64,000 nucleotides of DNA from the human T2T-CHM13v2.0 reference genome, Homo sapiens. The position numbers and the translations under genes were made by a program. How positions within the stretch are numbered: the stretch's first letter is position 1; the number at the start of each line of letters is the position of its first letter. The notes beneath the pieces were generated by a model, which did no database searches, was not told the DNA's origin, and was given only the letters and a program-made list of their open reading frames with translations. Of this stretch, positions 1 to 13,340 are shown one piece after another. The stretch lies in assembly GCF_009914755.1 (NCBI RefSeq), contig NC_060926.1. One strand, 5' to 3'.

Positions 1-969
1 TGCCCTGCTTTCTAATCCCTTAAGGTGCTCAATAAAACACAGACTCCTGGGCTACCTCCAAGTTATTGAATAAGACTCTTAAGCTTTTTGACCTGGAATC
101 CTGAATGTTAGCCAAAATTCCCTTTGCCTAAACAATGGCTACTGGCAAGGGATGAAAAAAAACCTGAATGCTGATATTGAAATGTAAATCATCGAATTGT
201 TTTTTCTGTATTTCGTAAGTAACATGCCAATTTACAAAGTGAACATTTTCCTGATCATCCCAGATGTGGAACTAATGAAAGACTATTTCTATACATAGTC
301 AAATCAAATATAAAATGATTCATTCCTGCTTATTTCAGATAACTGGTCAAAAAGAATTGTTTGTCTGCAGTGATTGCTGTTAGCTAAGATCAGCTGTCAT
401 GGATCATGTTTGGCATGCCAGAGGTCTTATGAGAATCAGCTGTCAGGCATGGAATAGAATTGTACAGTTGCTATAGGTCAAAGGAGAGAGTGTTTTTTTT
501 GCTAGTGGAATTTTGATGTTGTGTCAATGGTGGTATAAGTGGTTATATTTAACACAGTGAGGTTCCCAAGAAGTCTCATTAAGAATCCTAAGGCACTAAA
601 ATATCTCCAAATTATGAAAGATTTATTTTGCAAGGCTTATTTTCCTCTTGGCTATAATGAGATACTGAGTAAACATTTTCAATGATAAATTCGGATATAA
701 CAAGTCTTTGTCAAGACTTTTAGAAAGACTCACACTGGAAATTCTGAATGACTTTGTTGAAATTATGCAGGATTCTGGTTAGACACTAATAGATAGCTAA
801 TGTTGATTTTTTCTTTAATAACATTATAACTATTTTTTGAATCAATGCACAATAAAGTACTGAGAATTGGGTGAGTTTTCAAGAAATCCAAAGCCATGAA
901 TCTGTCAATTGTGTCATACCATCAGTAGTGGTGAGTTGAATGGCAAGACCCACTTAGCTTCTGTTCACT

Positions 970-1270
970 CAGGGGTCACAAATTGGCCATCTACAGGGAT
1001 CATTTGGCCTGTGAATGAATTTAATTTAGAAGAAAAAACTCACTAAACTTTTTTTACTCAGGTGAAGCCATTTAAAAATGTAATGATTTTACATAAAAAC
1101 CTAGATTCTGGTATTCTCATGAAAAATCAGAACATTAGCACATTTCCCTATGGCAGCAATCAGAAGTGGTGGCCCCCGTTGGATAATCATGTACTCTCCA
1201 GCATGAACCTGCTTCAGGCATTCACATTACCTGCCTCTCTGAGTTTCTGCACCCTCCACGGATTGAGGCT
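970..1270. mobile_element. hAT-Charlie MITE relic (MER102-like)
   Basis: Starts caggggtcacaaa; internal 'aaaacctagattctggtattctcatgaaaaatcagaa...ttccctatggcagcaatcag' resembles the MER102 consensus as recalled. Confidence 0.55.
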
Positions 1271-1669
1271 CTTATGAAAATGACCTGTTCTCCCCTTTTA
1301 AATTTCTAGTGCTTTTCACTTGGGATCCTTTCAAGATGACTACTTACTCTGTGAGAGATGACAGAAACCACTTGACTACATTTTGTAAAGATATACATGC
1401 GTAAGACATATACGAAGGCCGACAGTTACAGGCACACAAAATTCGTCCAGGCTTGTCAAGCTTAGAAGATGTATCATTGTGTATTGGTAGGAATAAGGAC
1501 CAAGGTTAATAAAATAAAATATGATGGGGAAATGTGAAGTCCTAAATTTACTTAAATATGAATCCATAAATTTTATTCACAAATACAAATCCCTAAATAA
1601 AAAATCAGTTAGGAAAATACAAAATGGTAAAGACCTGATTTGGTAGTATTTTTCTAAAAACAAAGTTTT

Positions 1670-2110
1670 CATAAGTGATAAGTTCAATGTGTATCAGTAG
1701 AGTGATATGACTACTTTAAAAAAGATGCAAAAACAGGTGCATTAGTAGAAGTAAAATGTACAGATGGTGAAAATTATGATATTTTGTACTTCATTTTTGT
1801 CAATCTGGGTATAGAGGAGTGTTTCCTCTGAAGTTTTAAAAAGGCACTGACCACAAAACTGCAAGAAATGAGAATAGGTGACATTCATGGAGAGGGTTGT
1901 AGGAATCAAGACATACAAGGAATGATTGAATAAACCATATGTTTAAACTAGAGAAGAAAAGAAAAAATGAAAAAAGGTAAGAGGAATAGGCAAGCTCCTT
2001 AAATTTTGAAAGGGCTCTGACACAGCATGGGATATGTTCTTGTACTGTGACTCCAAAGACCAGAAACTGATAAAGGCCTGATTATTTTTAAAATATGGGA
2101 GAAGGTAAAT
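1670..2110 (+). mobile_element. CR1/L3 LINE relic
   Basis: Degenerate L3-like motifs 'aagttcaatgtgtatcagtagagtgat...gcattagtagaagta...tgtttaaactagagaagaaaag'. Confidence 0.5.
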
Positions 2111-2210
2111 TGCAAATTGCTCAGATTAGTGACACTGACCGCTATGAATGGAAAAATAAGAACTCTATTAACAGATGGATTTTGAACACTTACTAAAGAG
2201 ACAGAGGTTG

Positions 2211-2518
2211 GGCCGGGCACGGTGGCTCACGTCTGTAATCCCAGCACTTTGGGAGGCCGAGGCGGGCAGATAACCTGAGGTCAGGAGTTCCAGACAAGCC
2301 TGGCCAACATGATGAAACCCTGTCTCTACTAAAAATACAAAAACTAGCTGGGCCTGGTGGTGGGCACCTGTGATTCCAGCTACTCAGGAGGCTGAGGCAG
2401 GAGAATCACTTGAACTCAGGTGACAGAGGTTGCAGTGAGCCAAGATCCTACCGTTGCACTCCAGCTTGGGCAACAGACTCTGTCAGAGCAAGATTCTGTC
2501 TAAAAAGAAAAAAAAAAG
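2211..2518 (+). mobile_element. Alu (AluS, Sx/Sz-like), full length
   Basis: ggccgggcacggtggctcac start, central tactaaaaatacaaaaa linker, A-tail; imperfect TSD gagacagaggt/gagatagagat. Confidence 0.97.
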
Positions 2519-3343
2519 GAGATAGAGATCATAAAGGGCCAAGATGTACACAAAGAACAATTCATGACAAGGTAATTAAATTATTTTAGAATTTTAGAAA
2601 TTCATAAATGTCAGAAAAACATCAAAAATAGAAAATATCTAATTAAAATTACTTTGAATCCTATATTTTAGAGAAAATCATTGTTAACATATTTGCTTAT
2701 AGGCAAAGTCCTTATGAGAAATTATGCAAATCAATTTTTTTCTTATTTTTCTTTTTTCTTTTTCATTCCACAATAAATCATAAATGCCCTGTCCTCTATG
2801 GTTAATGTGTCCTCTATAAGTAAATATATATTTAAATTATTTTAATATCATACTATATCATATTACTATATCATAATTAAAAATTAATTTGTTATTGGAA
2901 TTGATCTACACTATTTCTTATTTTACAGAATTATGAAAATGATTAAATATATTATCATGCCAAATTGTTTCTGTAGGATGTATTTCTAAAATAGGATTTT
3001 AGTATCAAAGAATATGGTCTTTTAAAAAGGAACTGTGATATATGTTATAAAATTTCCCTTTAAAAATGTTTCACAACTTAAACTTCTACAAGCTGGTAAT
3101 GACAGAGAAACTGTCCCAACATCTATATTAAATTTAATGTTACCACTACATTTTTTCCCAGCATAAATTTTTCCGTAAATATATTTTTCTTTGGTTATTA
3201 AAAGGTTTATATATTTTTCATATATGTATTTTTCATTTTTATTTATTTGGGGAATAATTGCATTTTCATACATTTAGTCTGTTCTCTGTACTTGTTCATC
3301 TTTTTCCTATTGATTTGTGAAAGCTTTTTTTTTAATTTTAGCT

Positions 3344-3724
3344 TGATATGGTTTTGATATTTGTCCCCACCCAAATCTCATGTGGAATTATAATCTCCAT
3401 TGTTGGAGATGGGGCCAGGTGGGAGGTGATTGGATCATAGGGGCACATTTCCCCCTCGGTGCTGTGGTCATGATAATGAGTTCTCATGAGATACGGTTAT
3501 TTAAAAGTATGTGGCATCTCCTTCACTCTCTCCCACTCCCTCCATGTAGGATATGCTTCCCCCCCGCTTTACCTTTTGCCGTGATTGAAAGTTTCCTGAG
3601 ACTCCTCAGAAGCCATCATGGTCCTGTACAACCTGTGGAACCATGAGCCAATTAAACCTCTTTTCTGTATAAACTACCTAGTATCAGGTATTTCTTTGTA
3701 GCAATGCGAGAACTGACTAATACA
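3344..3724 (+). mobile_element. MaLR solo LTR (MST family)
   Basis: tgatatggtttt...ccaaatctcatgt start, 'gccaattaaacctcttttc...gactaataca' end, 5-bp TSD tagct/cagct. Confidence 0.92.
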
Positions 3725-3801
3725 CAGCTATTAATGTATTATCTTTCATTTTGCTGCAAATATTTTGTTTGTTTGTCAATGAATGACATTTCAAACTGAG
3801 T

Positions 3802-3898
3802 TATTATATATAATCTATATATACATTATATATAATATATATTATATATACACATTATATATAATATATATATTTATATAAATAATATGTATATATAA
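3802..3898. repeat. (TA)-rich low-complexity tandem repeat
   Basis: Repeated 'acattatatataatatata' units. Confidence 0.9.
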
Positions 3899-3899
3899 A

Positions 3900-4392
3900 A
3901 AACTGTGAAAGGTCTGAGATTTCACCCCACTTGTAAACTAACAAGTAGGCCTGCCATAGTTTCATGGATGCCAGCAGAAGACATGCGACTTCTGGATGGG
4001 AGAAAATGATGACTTATTACTCAAAGCATCAACAGTAGCCAGAATGCTACTGTTTTCTTAAGCTGATTTTCAAAGCCCCAGTTCCCACCAGGCAGCATGA
4101 CAAGGGCCAGGTGATGCTTGCACATGCAGTGAGCTGTATTACAAGACAGTAACTCCAAACTTTGAAAATTCTAATATTTCATAGTAGCCAGCAAACCAAC
4201 CTAATATTTGGCTTAGAGGAAGACATTATCTTTATTACGTTGGACAACAAACAAGCCTCCTATCTCTATTTCCCAAGGCTACAGCTAAATAAACATCCTT
4301 GCAAAGATAATTCAGAACAAAAGCCTCTTAGTGCCTCTGTTCCCAAGACATGCAGAGTAATGTGAGAGACCCCTGGAGAATTGTCTTCTGAC
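3900..4392 (-). mobile_element. ERVL solo LTR (LTR40-like)
   Basis: Reverse complement begins 'gtcagaagacaattctccaggggtctctcacattactctgcatgtctt'; homologous to the + strand copy at 38680-39119. Confidence 0.7.
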
Positions 4393-4784
4393 TGTACATG
4401 ACATACAAAGTTTAAAAATTAGATATCAACATGTATCACTTTTGAGTTTCTTTTTTTGTTAGACTGAATAAGTTATTCTCCTCTTTGACAGTTAATAAAC
4501 TGCTCATTTGGGGAATTCCCACATCAGTACTTCTCTAATGTTTCCACTGAGGTATCTTAATAGAAGAGGTCTGCCTTGTGAGTGAATTTTCAAGTCCTTT
4601 TGTCTTAAATATTGAGGTAGATTATTTTTTCAACTCAATAAAATATTTGTTTTAATGTGTAAATAATATTAATTTTCTCAAATCATTAAGTACTATTCAT
4701 TCCGGAAGATGTGCTGCTTTATTTACCCTTTAGCTTTGGAAATTCTGGCACACTATAATTAATATTATTATGGAACTCTGCAGG

Positions 4785-4990
4785 TAAATATTAGTGTGTA
4801 TGAAGCACTAAATATGTGCCAGAAATTGCTCCAAGTACTTTACGTATATTAGTTCACTCTAACCTCACAACAATTTGAAGTGGGTACTATTTTCACCTTG
4901 TTTCACAAATGTGAAACCGAACCTCAAAAGTGACAAGAAAGTTGCTTAATATCAGATTCCTTAGTTTGAGAATTACAGTGACAGTTTGTC
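4785..4990 (-). mobile_element. MIR SINE
   Basis: Antisense MIR core 'tatgtgccag...ctttacgtatatt...aacctcacaacaa...gtactattttcaccttgtttcacaaatg'. Confidence 0.8.
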
Positions 4991-5489
4991 TGATTTCAAT
5001 AAGAAATTTTTCCATTGTCTCATGCCCTTGAAAAAAATGGACACATTTAGGTATATAATTGATCAGAGAGATGATCATATGCAATGCTGACTTTTTGTAT
5101 GCCTTTAGCTCATTTAAGAGTCTAATAAATGCTATACATCATCTCTCAGGAAAAAAAATGCCTTGTCTTAAATACACATAATATTGCACATAATTTCAGG
5201 AGGTTGTTTTAAATGATACATTCAGTATTAATAAATAAGTTTACTGTGACTTAGGAAAAGTTATTTATCTTAAGTTTAGTTATTTTTTATGTTCCATTTA
5301 CCCTTTAGTACTTTAAGTTTTGGCAGCAGCTATTTTTTAATAATTTAATTTTACTTTGAATATGTGTATATAAAATGCCTAATGTGATAAAAGTAGAATA
5401 TGCCTGGTTGAAGGAAACATAGAAAATTGAATTGCCACTGATTTGGCCTTTCCTTCATCTTTCATGGGGAGCCAGAGAGAATCTGGTTC

Positions 5490-5795
5490 AGAAGACAGAC
5501 TCTAGAGTCAAGCAGCTGGGGTTCAAATCTTGGCAACATTTCAGGGTGATTTTAAAAATATTTAACAGCTGGTAATGCTAGATGTCGACTTGTCAGAATG
5601 GATAAAGCCTGACATGACGTATATAGCCACACCAGCATATAATCAGCCCTGTCTCCACCACTTACTAGTAGTGTCTTTATCTGTAAGATAAAGATAGCAA
5701 TAGGCATTATCTCATAGGGGTTTTATGAGGATTAGGTGTAATAATATATATAAAGCACTTATGACAATGTTTGGAAGAAAGTGTCATTCAACATT
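5490..5795 (+). mobile_element. MIR SINE interrupted by a hAT MITE
   Basis: 'gactctagagtcaagcagctggggttcaaatc' ... 'ccacttactag...atctgtaa...ctcatagggg ttttatgaggatta...taaagcactt'. Confidence 0.8.
5542..5651. mobile_element. Short hAT MITE (MER53-like) nested in MIR
   Basis: Terminal inverted repeats cagggtgatt / aatcagccctg; internal 'aaaatatttaacagctggta...tcagaatgga'. Confidence 0.7.
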
Positions 5796-5869
5796 AGATA
5801 TCATCATCATTGTCATCATCGTGACTAATACTTGAGGAATTCCAGAATGTTATGGTTAGAATGGTAAAG

Positions 5870-7055
5870 TTCTGTGCTAAGAGAAGGCAGAGAAGATGTT
5901 GTTGAATTTGTGAATGGTGCAAGTCTCTAACGGATGCTATTTGGATGAAAGAATTAGTGTTCCGTAAGATCTTGAAAAGGTACCAAAATGGAGAGGAACT
6001 AATATAATGACATTCAATAGAGATAAATATATAGTTTTGCATTTTAGTTAAGATATAAAAAAATCCCTGTGTATAGGAAGGGGAAAAACAACCAAGAATT
6101 GAAAAAAAGACTCTAGTGAAAAATATATGCTGGGATTTTAGCGGAACAACCATAGAAAGTATGTTGCCTTCCACTATGTTTAGTGCATTTTTCACCACAG
6201 TGGTCAGATTAATGCTGCTCTGAGAGACTGTATCACATCTGTAATGTATTGAATACCAGGCACCAGGTTGTAGCTAGAGAAACATGGATATATTGAGTTT
6301 GTTCGGAAAAATGTGACAATAAGGGTGAATAAAAAAGGGTCACAACGCCAGAAAAGGTAACCAGGAGTGTTTTTCCTGGCAAGGTAGAGGTCAAAGGGGT
6401 GAGGTGATCTTGATTTTTAGATTCCTGGATGACTCTAGCATGGAAGCATTCACTATGCCTCTGATAGGAAGGAACAGAACCAATCATTGAAGGTCACAGA
6501 AAGGCAGAGAACAGCTCTACATACAACATGCCCAAAGTAGATCTGCCTGCTCACAAAAGAGGGGGAATAGTTCTCTTTCAATAGAGGCATTAAGAGCAGA
6601 AGGAACAGCAATTGGGAAAGGAATGCTGTAAAGGGAATTTTGTCATTGGTGAGAAGTTGATACTCTCTTGATTTCCTTTCCAAAATTCCTTAAATCTATA
6701 ACTTCAAGTTATGAGCCAAGTTGGTTATGAAGGGTAAAGGGAAGAAAGGAAGAAAATAAGGAAGGAGAGTAACAGTAATTAAGTTAGATACTCCAGAGAG
6801 ATTTTGTCTCAACATAAAATATTTTCTAAGAACTAAAATTGTAAAAGAATAGAATAGGCTGCTTCCTGAAGAAGTGTCTTCTAGAGGCAGTTGCTGAATG
6901 ATGTAAGCTGCACATCCTTGGCAAGTAATGGATGCTGAGAAAATTTCATAATGCTAAATGAATTATCACCTGTCAGGAATGTTGTTTGAAGGATTCTTGA
7001 ATTATTGGAAGATGTACTAGATGAAGCCTAAATCTTCCAAAGCTAAGGTTTTGTT
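5870..7055 (+). mobile_element. CR1/L3 (and MIR3-like) relic fragments
   Basis: 'aagatcttgaaaaggt...atgacattcaatagagataaat' and 3'-end-like 'ctcaacataaaatattttctaag...gaataggctgc...actagatgaagcctaaatcttccaa'. Confidence 0.45.
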
Positions 7056-7669
7056 ATTTGGATTGTTTCTGTCTTGTGCCCACATATATTTTGTTTTATT
7101 TGCTCCATATTGAATTCTCCCAATGTCTACCTGAGAAATGTCTTTATTTACTAAAACCAAATCAATATGATATGAACCAAACATGATTACTCTACCAGAA
7201 GTTCTTTATTGCTTCTACCAGCTGCTCAGTTTACTTTGATCTTATTATTAATATATCTTAGTGATATTTGATCATTCTTAGAGGAGAGAGATCTTCCTTG
7301 TTTATCCCCCAAATCTCATGAATGTGGATGATAAATAAAAGTATTCAGGCTTCATATACTCATCAGAAATTTTAATAATGTTTGAACATATATGTTTTTC
7401 TTTTAAATATGTAGATTAGAGCTTTTTGATTGTAAAATGGTATAATTATCAGTTATTATTTATTTGATTAATTATTAAGCCATAACATGTTTTAAATAAC
7501 ATTTTTCTTATTACAAAAGTAACATGTTTAATTTATAAAATAGGGCAAAAGCCATATACATGACGAGTAAAATTGAGATTACGGCTGTAACAAATTATCT
7601 CAAACTTGATGATTTAAAACAATACAAATTTATTTTCTCACAGTTATGGTGGTTAGAAGTCCAAATGTT

Positions 7670-7986
7670 GGCTGGGCTTGGTGGCTCATGTCTGTAATCC
7701 CAGCACTTTGGGAGGCCGAGGCGGGTGGATCATGAGGTCAGGAGATCAAGACCATCTTGGCTAACATGGTGAAACCCCGTCTCTACTAAAAATACAAAAA
7801 AAAATTAGCCAGGTGTGGTGGCACATGCCTGTAGTCCCAGATACTTGGGAGGCTGAGGCAGGGGAATCACTTAAACTAGGAGGTGGAGGTTGCAGTGAGC
7901 CAAGATTGCACCCCCGCACTCCAGCCTGGGTGACAGAGTAAGACTCTGTCTCAAAAAAAAAAAAAAAAAAAAGAAGAAGAAGAAGA
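7670..7986 (+). mobile_element. Alu (AluSc-like) with A/(GAA)n tail
   Basis: Full dimer; TSD agaagtccaaatgttg on both sides. Confidence 0.97.
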
Positions 7987-8451
7987 AGAAGTCCAAATGT
8001 TGTTAGCAGGGTTGTGCTTCCTCTGAAGACTCTAGGAAAAAAATAATCTTTCTTTATTCTTCCTAGCTTCTAGTAGCTCCCAGGAATCCTTGACATTATT
8101 TGTCTTGTAGCTACAATATTACAATCTCTGTCTCTGTCTAATATGGCCTTGAATTTTGTGTATCTTTGTGTCTCTGTGTGTCCTTTCCTCTTCTTACAGA
8201 GGTACCAGTTATTGAATTTAGGGCTCACCCTAATTCAGTATGACCTCATCTTAACTAATTACATGTGCAAAGATTCTATTTCCAAATAAGGTCATATTTT
8301 GTGTTTATAGGTAGGCATAAAGTTTGGGGGATGCTATGGACTGAATATTTCATATTTATGTTGAAATATGAAATATTCTGATATTTCATATGTTGAAGAT
8401 ATAATCCCCAATCTGATTTTATTTGGCATTAAGGTCTTTAGGAAATAATTA

Positions 8452-8839
<388 letters not shown>

Positions 8840-8907
8840 ACAGAACTCTCCTTTTCTTTCTACCATGTGAGAATACAACAGGAAAGTAGCCATTTAAAAA
8901 CCAGGAA

Positions 8908-9215
8908 GGGCTAGGCACATTAATCACATGTGTAATCCCAGCATTTTGGGAGGCCAAGGTGAGTGAATCACTTGAGCCCAGGAGTTTGCGAGCAACCTGG
9001 ACAACATGGCAGGAGCTCATCGCTACAAAAATATACAAAAATTAGCTGGGTATAGTGGTGCATGCTTAAGGTCCCAGATACGCAAGAGGCTGAGGCAGGA
9101 GGGTTGCTTGAGCCCAGGAGGTTGAGGCTGCAGTGAACCATGATTGTACTACTGCACTCCAGCCTGGGTGACAGAGTGAGACCCTGTCTCAAAAAATAAA
9201 TAAATAAAAATAAAT
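8908..9215 (+). mobile_element. Alu (AluJ-like) in the MLT1A 5' LTR
   Basis: 'cttgagcccaggag...gaggctgcagtga' J-type diagnostics, diverged, (TAAA)n tail. Confidence 0.94.
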
Positions 9216-11234
9216 AGAAGCAAGTAAAAAGGCCCTCACCAGAGCTAACCTGCTGCCACCTTGACCTTTGGGTTTCTTAAACTCCAGAACTCTGATCAGT
9301 AAATGTTTGTTGTTTAAGCTACCTAGTATATGGTATTCAGTTATAGCAGCTGGACCTAAGACATAAATTGGTAATAGAAGTGGGGTGTTACTGTAACAAA
9401 TACCTAAAAATGTGGAAGTGACTTTGGAACTGGGTAAGGTGTAGAGGCTGGAGGAATTTTGAGGTGCATGCTAGAAAAAGTCAATATTGCCATGAAGGCA
9501 CTGATAAAGGTTACTCTGGTGAAGGCTCAGAAACAGAAAAGGAGCGCTATAGAAGAAGATTCCATCTTCTTAGAGAATACATAGTCATGTATAAATATTA
9601 GGAGAAATATGAATTGGACAGGTCATTCTCATGAAGTTTCAGGTGGAAATAAAGAATAAGCTATTGGACAGTGGAGAAAAGATTATTATTGTTCTAAAGT
9701 GGCAAATAACTTGGCAAATTGCATTCACATGCTAGCGTTTTTCAGAAGTTAGAACTTGTGAGCAATAAAATTGGATATTTAGCTGAGGAGATTTCTAAGC
9801 AAATGTTGAAAGAACAGATTGGTTCCTCATTTCTGCTCATAGTAAAATGTGAGAAGAGAGAAATGAATTAAAGAAGGAATTGTCAGTCAAAAGAAGATAG
9901 AACTTAAATATTTGGAAAATTTTCAGCCATTCATATTTTAGAGAACATTAGGGATGTGGCTGACTTACCATTTGATAAGGATATTAGTGTGAGTATGAAG
10001 CTTGGACCTAATCAGTATCTCAATGGAAGCTACAAATAGAGATGAGACTATGCTAGCAGAAACACTGCCAGCTGGGATCAAAGGAAAAAGACAAATCAGG
10101 ATGAAGTAAAGGTAGGCTGTCAAATTTCTTACACCCTACAGGACCTGACCATATAGCTATTCTGCTGTAAGCATGAGATATTTTTCAAGGCAAGAAAAAA
10201 ATGATTCCAAAGGTAATTCAGAGATCATCAGGGGTTCCACTTTCACCCCCATCCCAGACTGCATAGCCCTAGGGGTCAAGGATACCTACTTCAATTTCAA
10301 AGGATGACACTACTGCCCATCAGAGCTATGTGGATAGAGCCTCTACCCTGCTTCCAACAGGCCAGGTGATGATTGCCATTCCATCAGATTCTGGGACAGT
10401 GGGTCTGGAAGGCAGAGCAGCAAGCAAACAAAAATTATTTTTTAAATTTAGTATCTGATTTTTTTTCCTTGCTAGGTGTTGGACTTGCTTGGGACCTGTC
10501 ATCTCTTTCTTCCATCATGTTCCTTCCTTTTGGAATGGGAACATCTATCCTATGCCTCTTCCACAATTGTATTTTGGATACACATAATTTATCTTCTGGT
10601 TTCATAAGTTCACAGCTAGAGAGAAATTTTGCTTCAGGATGAATTGTACCTTGAGTCTTATTTATACCTGATTTATATAATATTTAAATAAAATTTTGGA
10701 CTTTAGACTCGAGAGTTGATGTTAGAATGAGTTTAGAGTTTTGAGATTGTTGGGATGGAATGAATGTAATTTGTCTGTAAGAAGGACATGAATTTTGGGA
10801 GGCCATGGCAGAGTGCTATAAACTGAAAGTTTGTGTTTCCCCAGAATTCATTGACTGAAGCCCTAATCTCAAATGTGATGGCATTTGGAGTTGAGGCCTT
10901 TGGAGGAAATTGGGCTTGAATGAGGTCATGTGGGTGGAGCCCCCATGATGGGATTGGTGTCCTTGTAAGTGAATGAAGAAACCACAACTCTCACTCACTT
11001 TCTGTCATGTGAGGATACAATAAGAAGGTGGCCATCTTTAAGCCAGTAAGGACCCTCATCAGACCAAAATCTGCTGGCACCTTGATTTTTGACTTCCCAG
11101 TTTCTGGAATTATAAGAAATATTTATTGTTTGAGCCACCAGGTCCATGGGTATTCTGTTATAGCATCTCAAGCTATAAGACAGGGGACACTATTCAACCC
11201 ACTACACCTAAAATCTCATTTCTGTTAATATAGC

Positions 11235-12055
11235 TTTTCTTTTCATTTTTTTTGTAGTAAAATACACATAACATTAAATTTTGCCATGTTAACCATTTTT
11301 AACTATGCAGTTTAGTGGTATTAAGAACACTTACATTATTGTGTAATATCACCACCATCCATCTCCAAAACTATTTTCATTTCACAAAACTAAAACTTTA
11401 TACTCATTAAACAATAGCTCTCCATTTCCCCTTCCTCTCAGCCCATGGAAGCCATTCTACTTTCTGTCTGTAATTTTGACTACTGTGGAAATTTCATATA
11501 CACAGAATTACACATTATTGGTCTTTTGATGACCAGATTATTTCACTTAGCATAATGTCCTCAAGGCTCACTCATGTTGTAGAATATGTCAGACTTTCCT
11601 TGCTTGTTAAGGCTGATAAATATTCCATTTTAGGTATATACAGTCAGCCCTCCATTTCCATGGGTTCTGCATCCACAGACTGAAGCCATCATTAATGAAA
11701 AATATTTTTAAAATAGCAATACTACAATAAAAATAATACATATAAAATACAGTGTAACAACTATATAGCATTTACATTTATTAGGTATCATAAGTCATCT
11801 AGAGATGATTTAAAATATACAGGAAGATATGCATAGGTAAAATGCAAACAGTGCCATTTTATAAGAGGGACTTGAGCATTCAGAGATTTTGGTATATGTG
11901 GGGGTTCTTAGAACAAATCCCTTGTGAATATCGAGAGAAGATTGTACCACATTTTCTTTTTTATTCATCTGTTGATGGACACTTGAGTTGTTGACATGTT
12001 TTAGTTATTGTGAATAATACTGCTATGAACATGGGTATACAAATATCTGTTCATA
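11235..12055 (-). mobile_element. L1M (L1MA/MB) 3' fragment, interrupted by MER2
   Basis: Antisense L1 3'UTR motifs 'aaaatacacataacattaaattttgccat...tttcacttagcataatgtcctcaagg...gatggacacttgagttg'. Confidence 0.88.
11641..11944. mobile_element. MER2 (Tigger/Tc1-mariner MITE)
   Basis: cagtcagccctcc...tgggttctgcatccacaga start; 'gggacttgagcat...ttttggtat...gaacaaatccc...gagagaagattg' end; TA flanks. Confidence 0.9.
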
Positions 12056-13179
12056 TGTTAATATACATCTTTTCTATTTTTATTTTGTTCATACCTGTTA
12101 TGAAGTTGGGATGATGCACCTGAGTGTGCAAGTTGATGAACATGCTCTTTTGAACCTGCTTACTTCATCCTATATTGTGAATATTTTTCTGTTGCAATAA
12201 TTAATTTCCTACCCTTTTTATTTTTAGTGTACTAAATTAATTCAACCAGAACTCTATTGTTGCATATATTGCTGTTGTTCCCCCTCTGTTTTGCTACTGT
12301 AAGTAAGGCTTCATTGTATATGAATCTTTGGATATATCAATGTTTGTTTTCATAATGTAAAATCCTTTGCTAGAAATGAAATTGCTTGATCTAAGGGTTC
12401 TATTTTATCAAGATTTTTAATATACAGTGTATTCACTTTATGCCATTTTATATGTTGCATGGCAGGTAAGTAGACTGAGTATATTTATGCCTCTTTGAAA
12501 TGGATCAATTTTGTTCTAGAAGAAATCTTATTAAACTCTTAGCATATCATGTATGTATTTGTATTTAATATTGTATGAATGCTATGGGTAAGTTATATTC
12601 CAGGTTAGATCTTGAAATAAGGCAATTTTGTTTTTTAGGCAAATATTGTATATGACTGATGGGAAGTCCTGCTTCTCTTTAATCTTCTCTAACCCCATTC
12701 ATTTTCACATGTTGTATTTTGTCTTCATTGCCTTAATGGAAGTATCTAAAGAGATTGAGGGGAACAGTTATTAGTAGGTAGAGAGCACGATGTACCTAAG
12801 TTTTTAAGGCTTGCTTTCCATTCTGATTAGAAAACTAGACTTAACTAGTTACGTGTGCCAGTAATTCTAAAAATTGATCAAAATCATTACTTATGTTTAA
12901 AAATAAACATTGTGGAAGACAGTCTCTGGGAAAATTGAAACTTTTTAAAACTAAAATTGTGTGTTGGTTGCTTTCCTAATAGAAGCATTTATATCTATGT
13001 TGGTAGAGGCCATAAACTTAGATGCTTAAAGGGGAAGCTAATATAAATGAGCAAAGCTGAGAAGTAAAAAGAACCACAAATCCTAGAAACAATGGACTGA
13101 AAACAATGTTCTTGGTATGCCCCTCCATCTTAAAAAAAAATGCTTTTTTCATTTCTACTTTTTTTTTGATACGTGAGAA

Positions 13180-13340
13180 AAATGGGCCTGAGTTTGCCAG
13201 ATTGTGTGGTGGTGTTTTGTTTTGTTTAAAGAAAAGCCAGATATCTAGTTTTTGGTGTAAAATATTCCAATTTTTAAACATAGAAAACAAATTAAAATTA
13301 TTTAAAATTAACAGAAAGGAAGATTTTGTGGGCTCAGAAT
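13180..13340. mobile_element. hAT-Charlie relic (MER103-like)
   Basis: 'ttgccagat...aagaaaagccagatatctagtttttggtgtaaaatattccaatttttaaa'. Confidence 0.45.
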
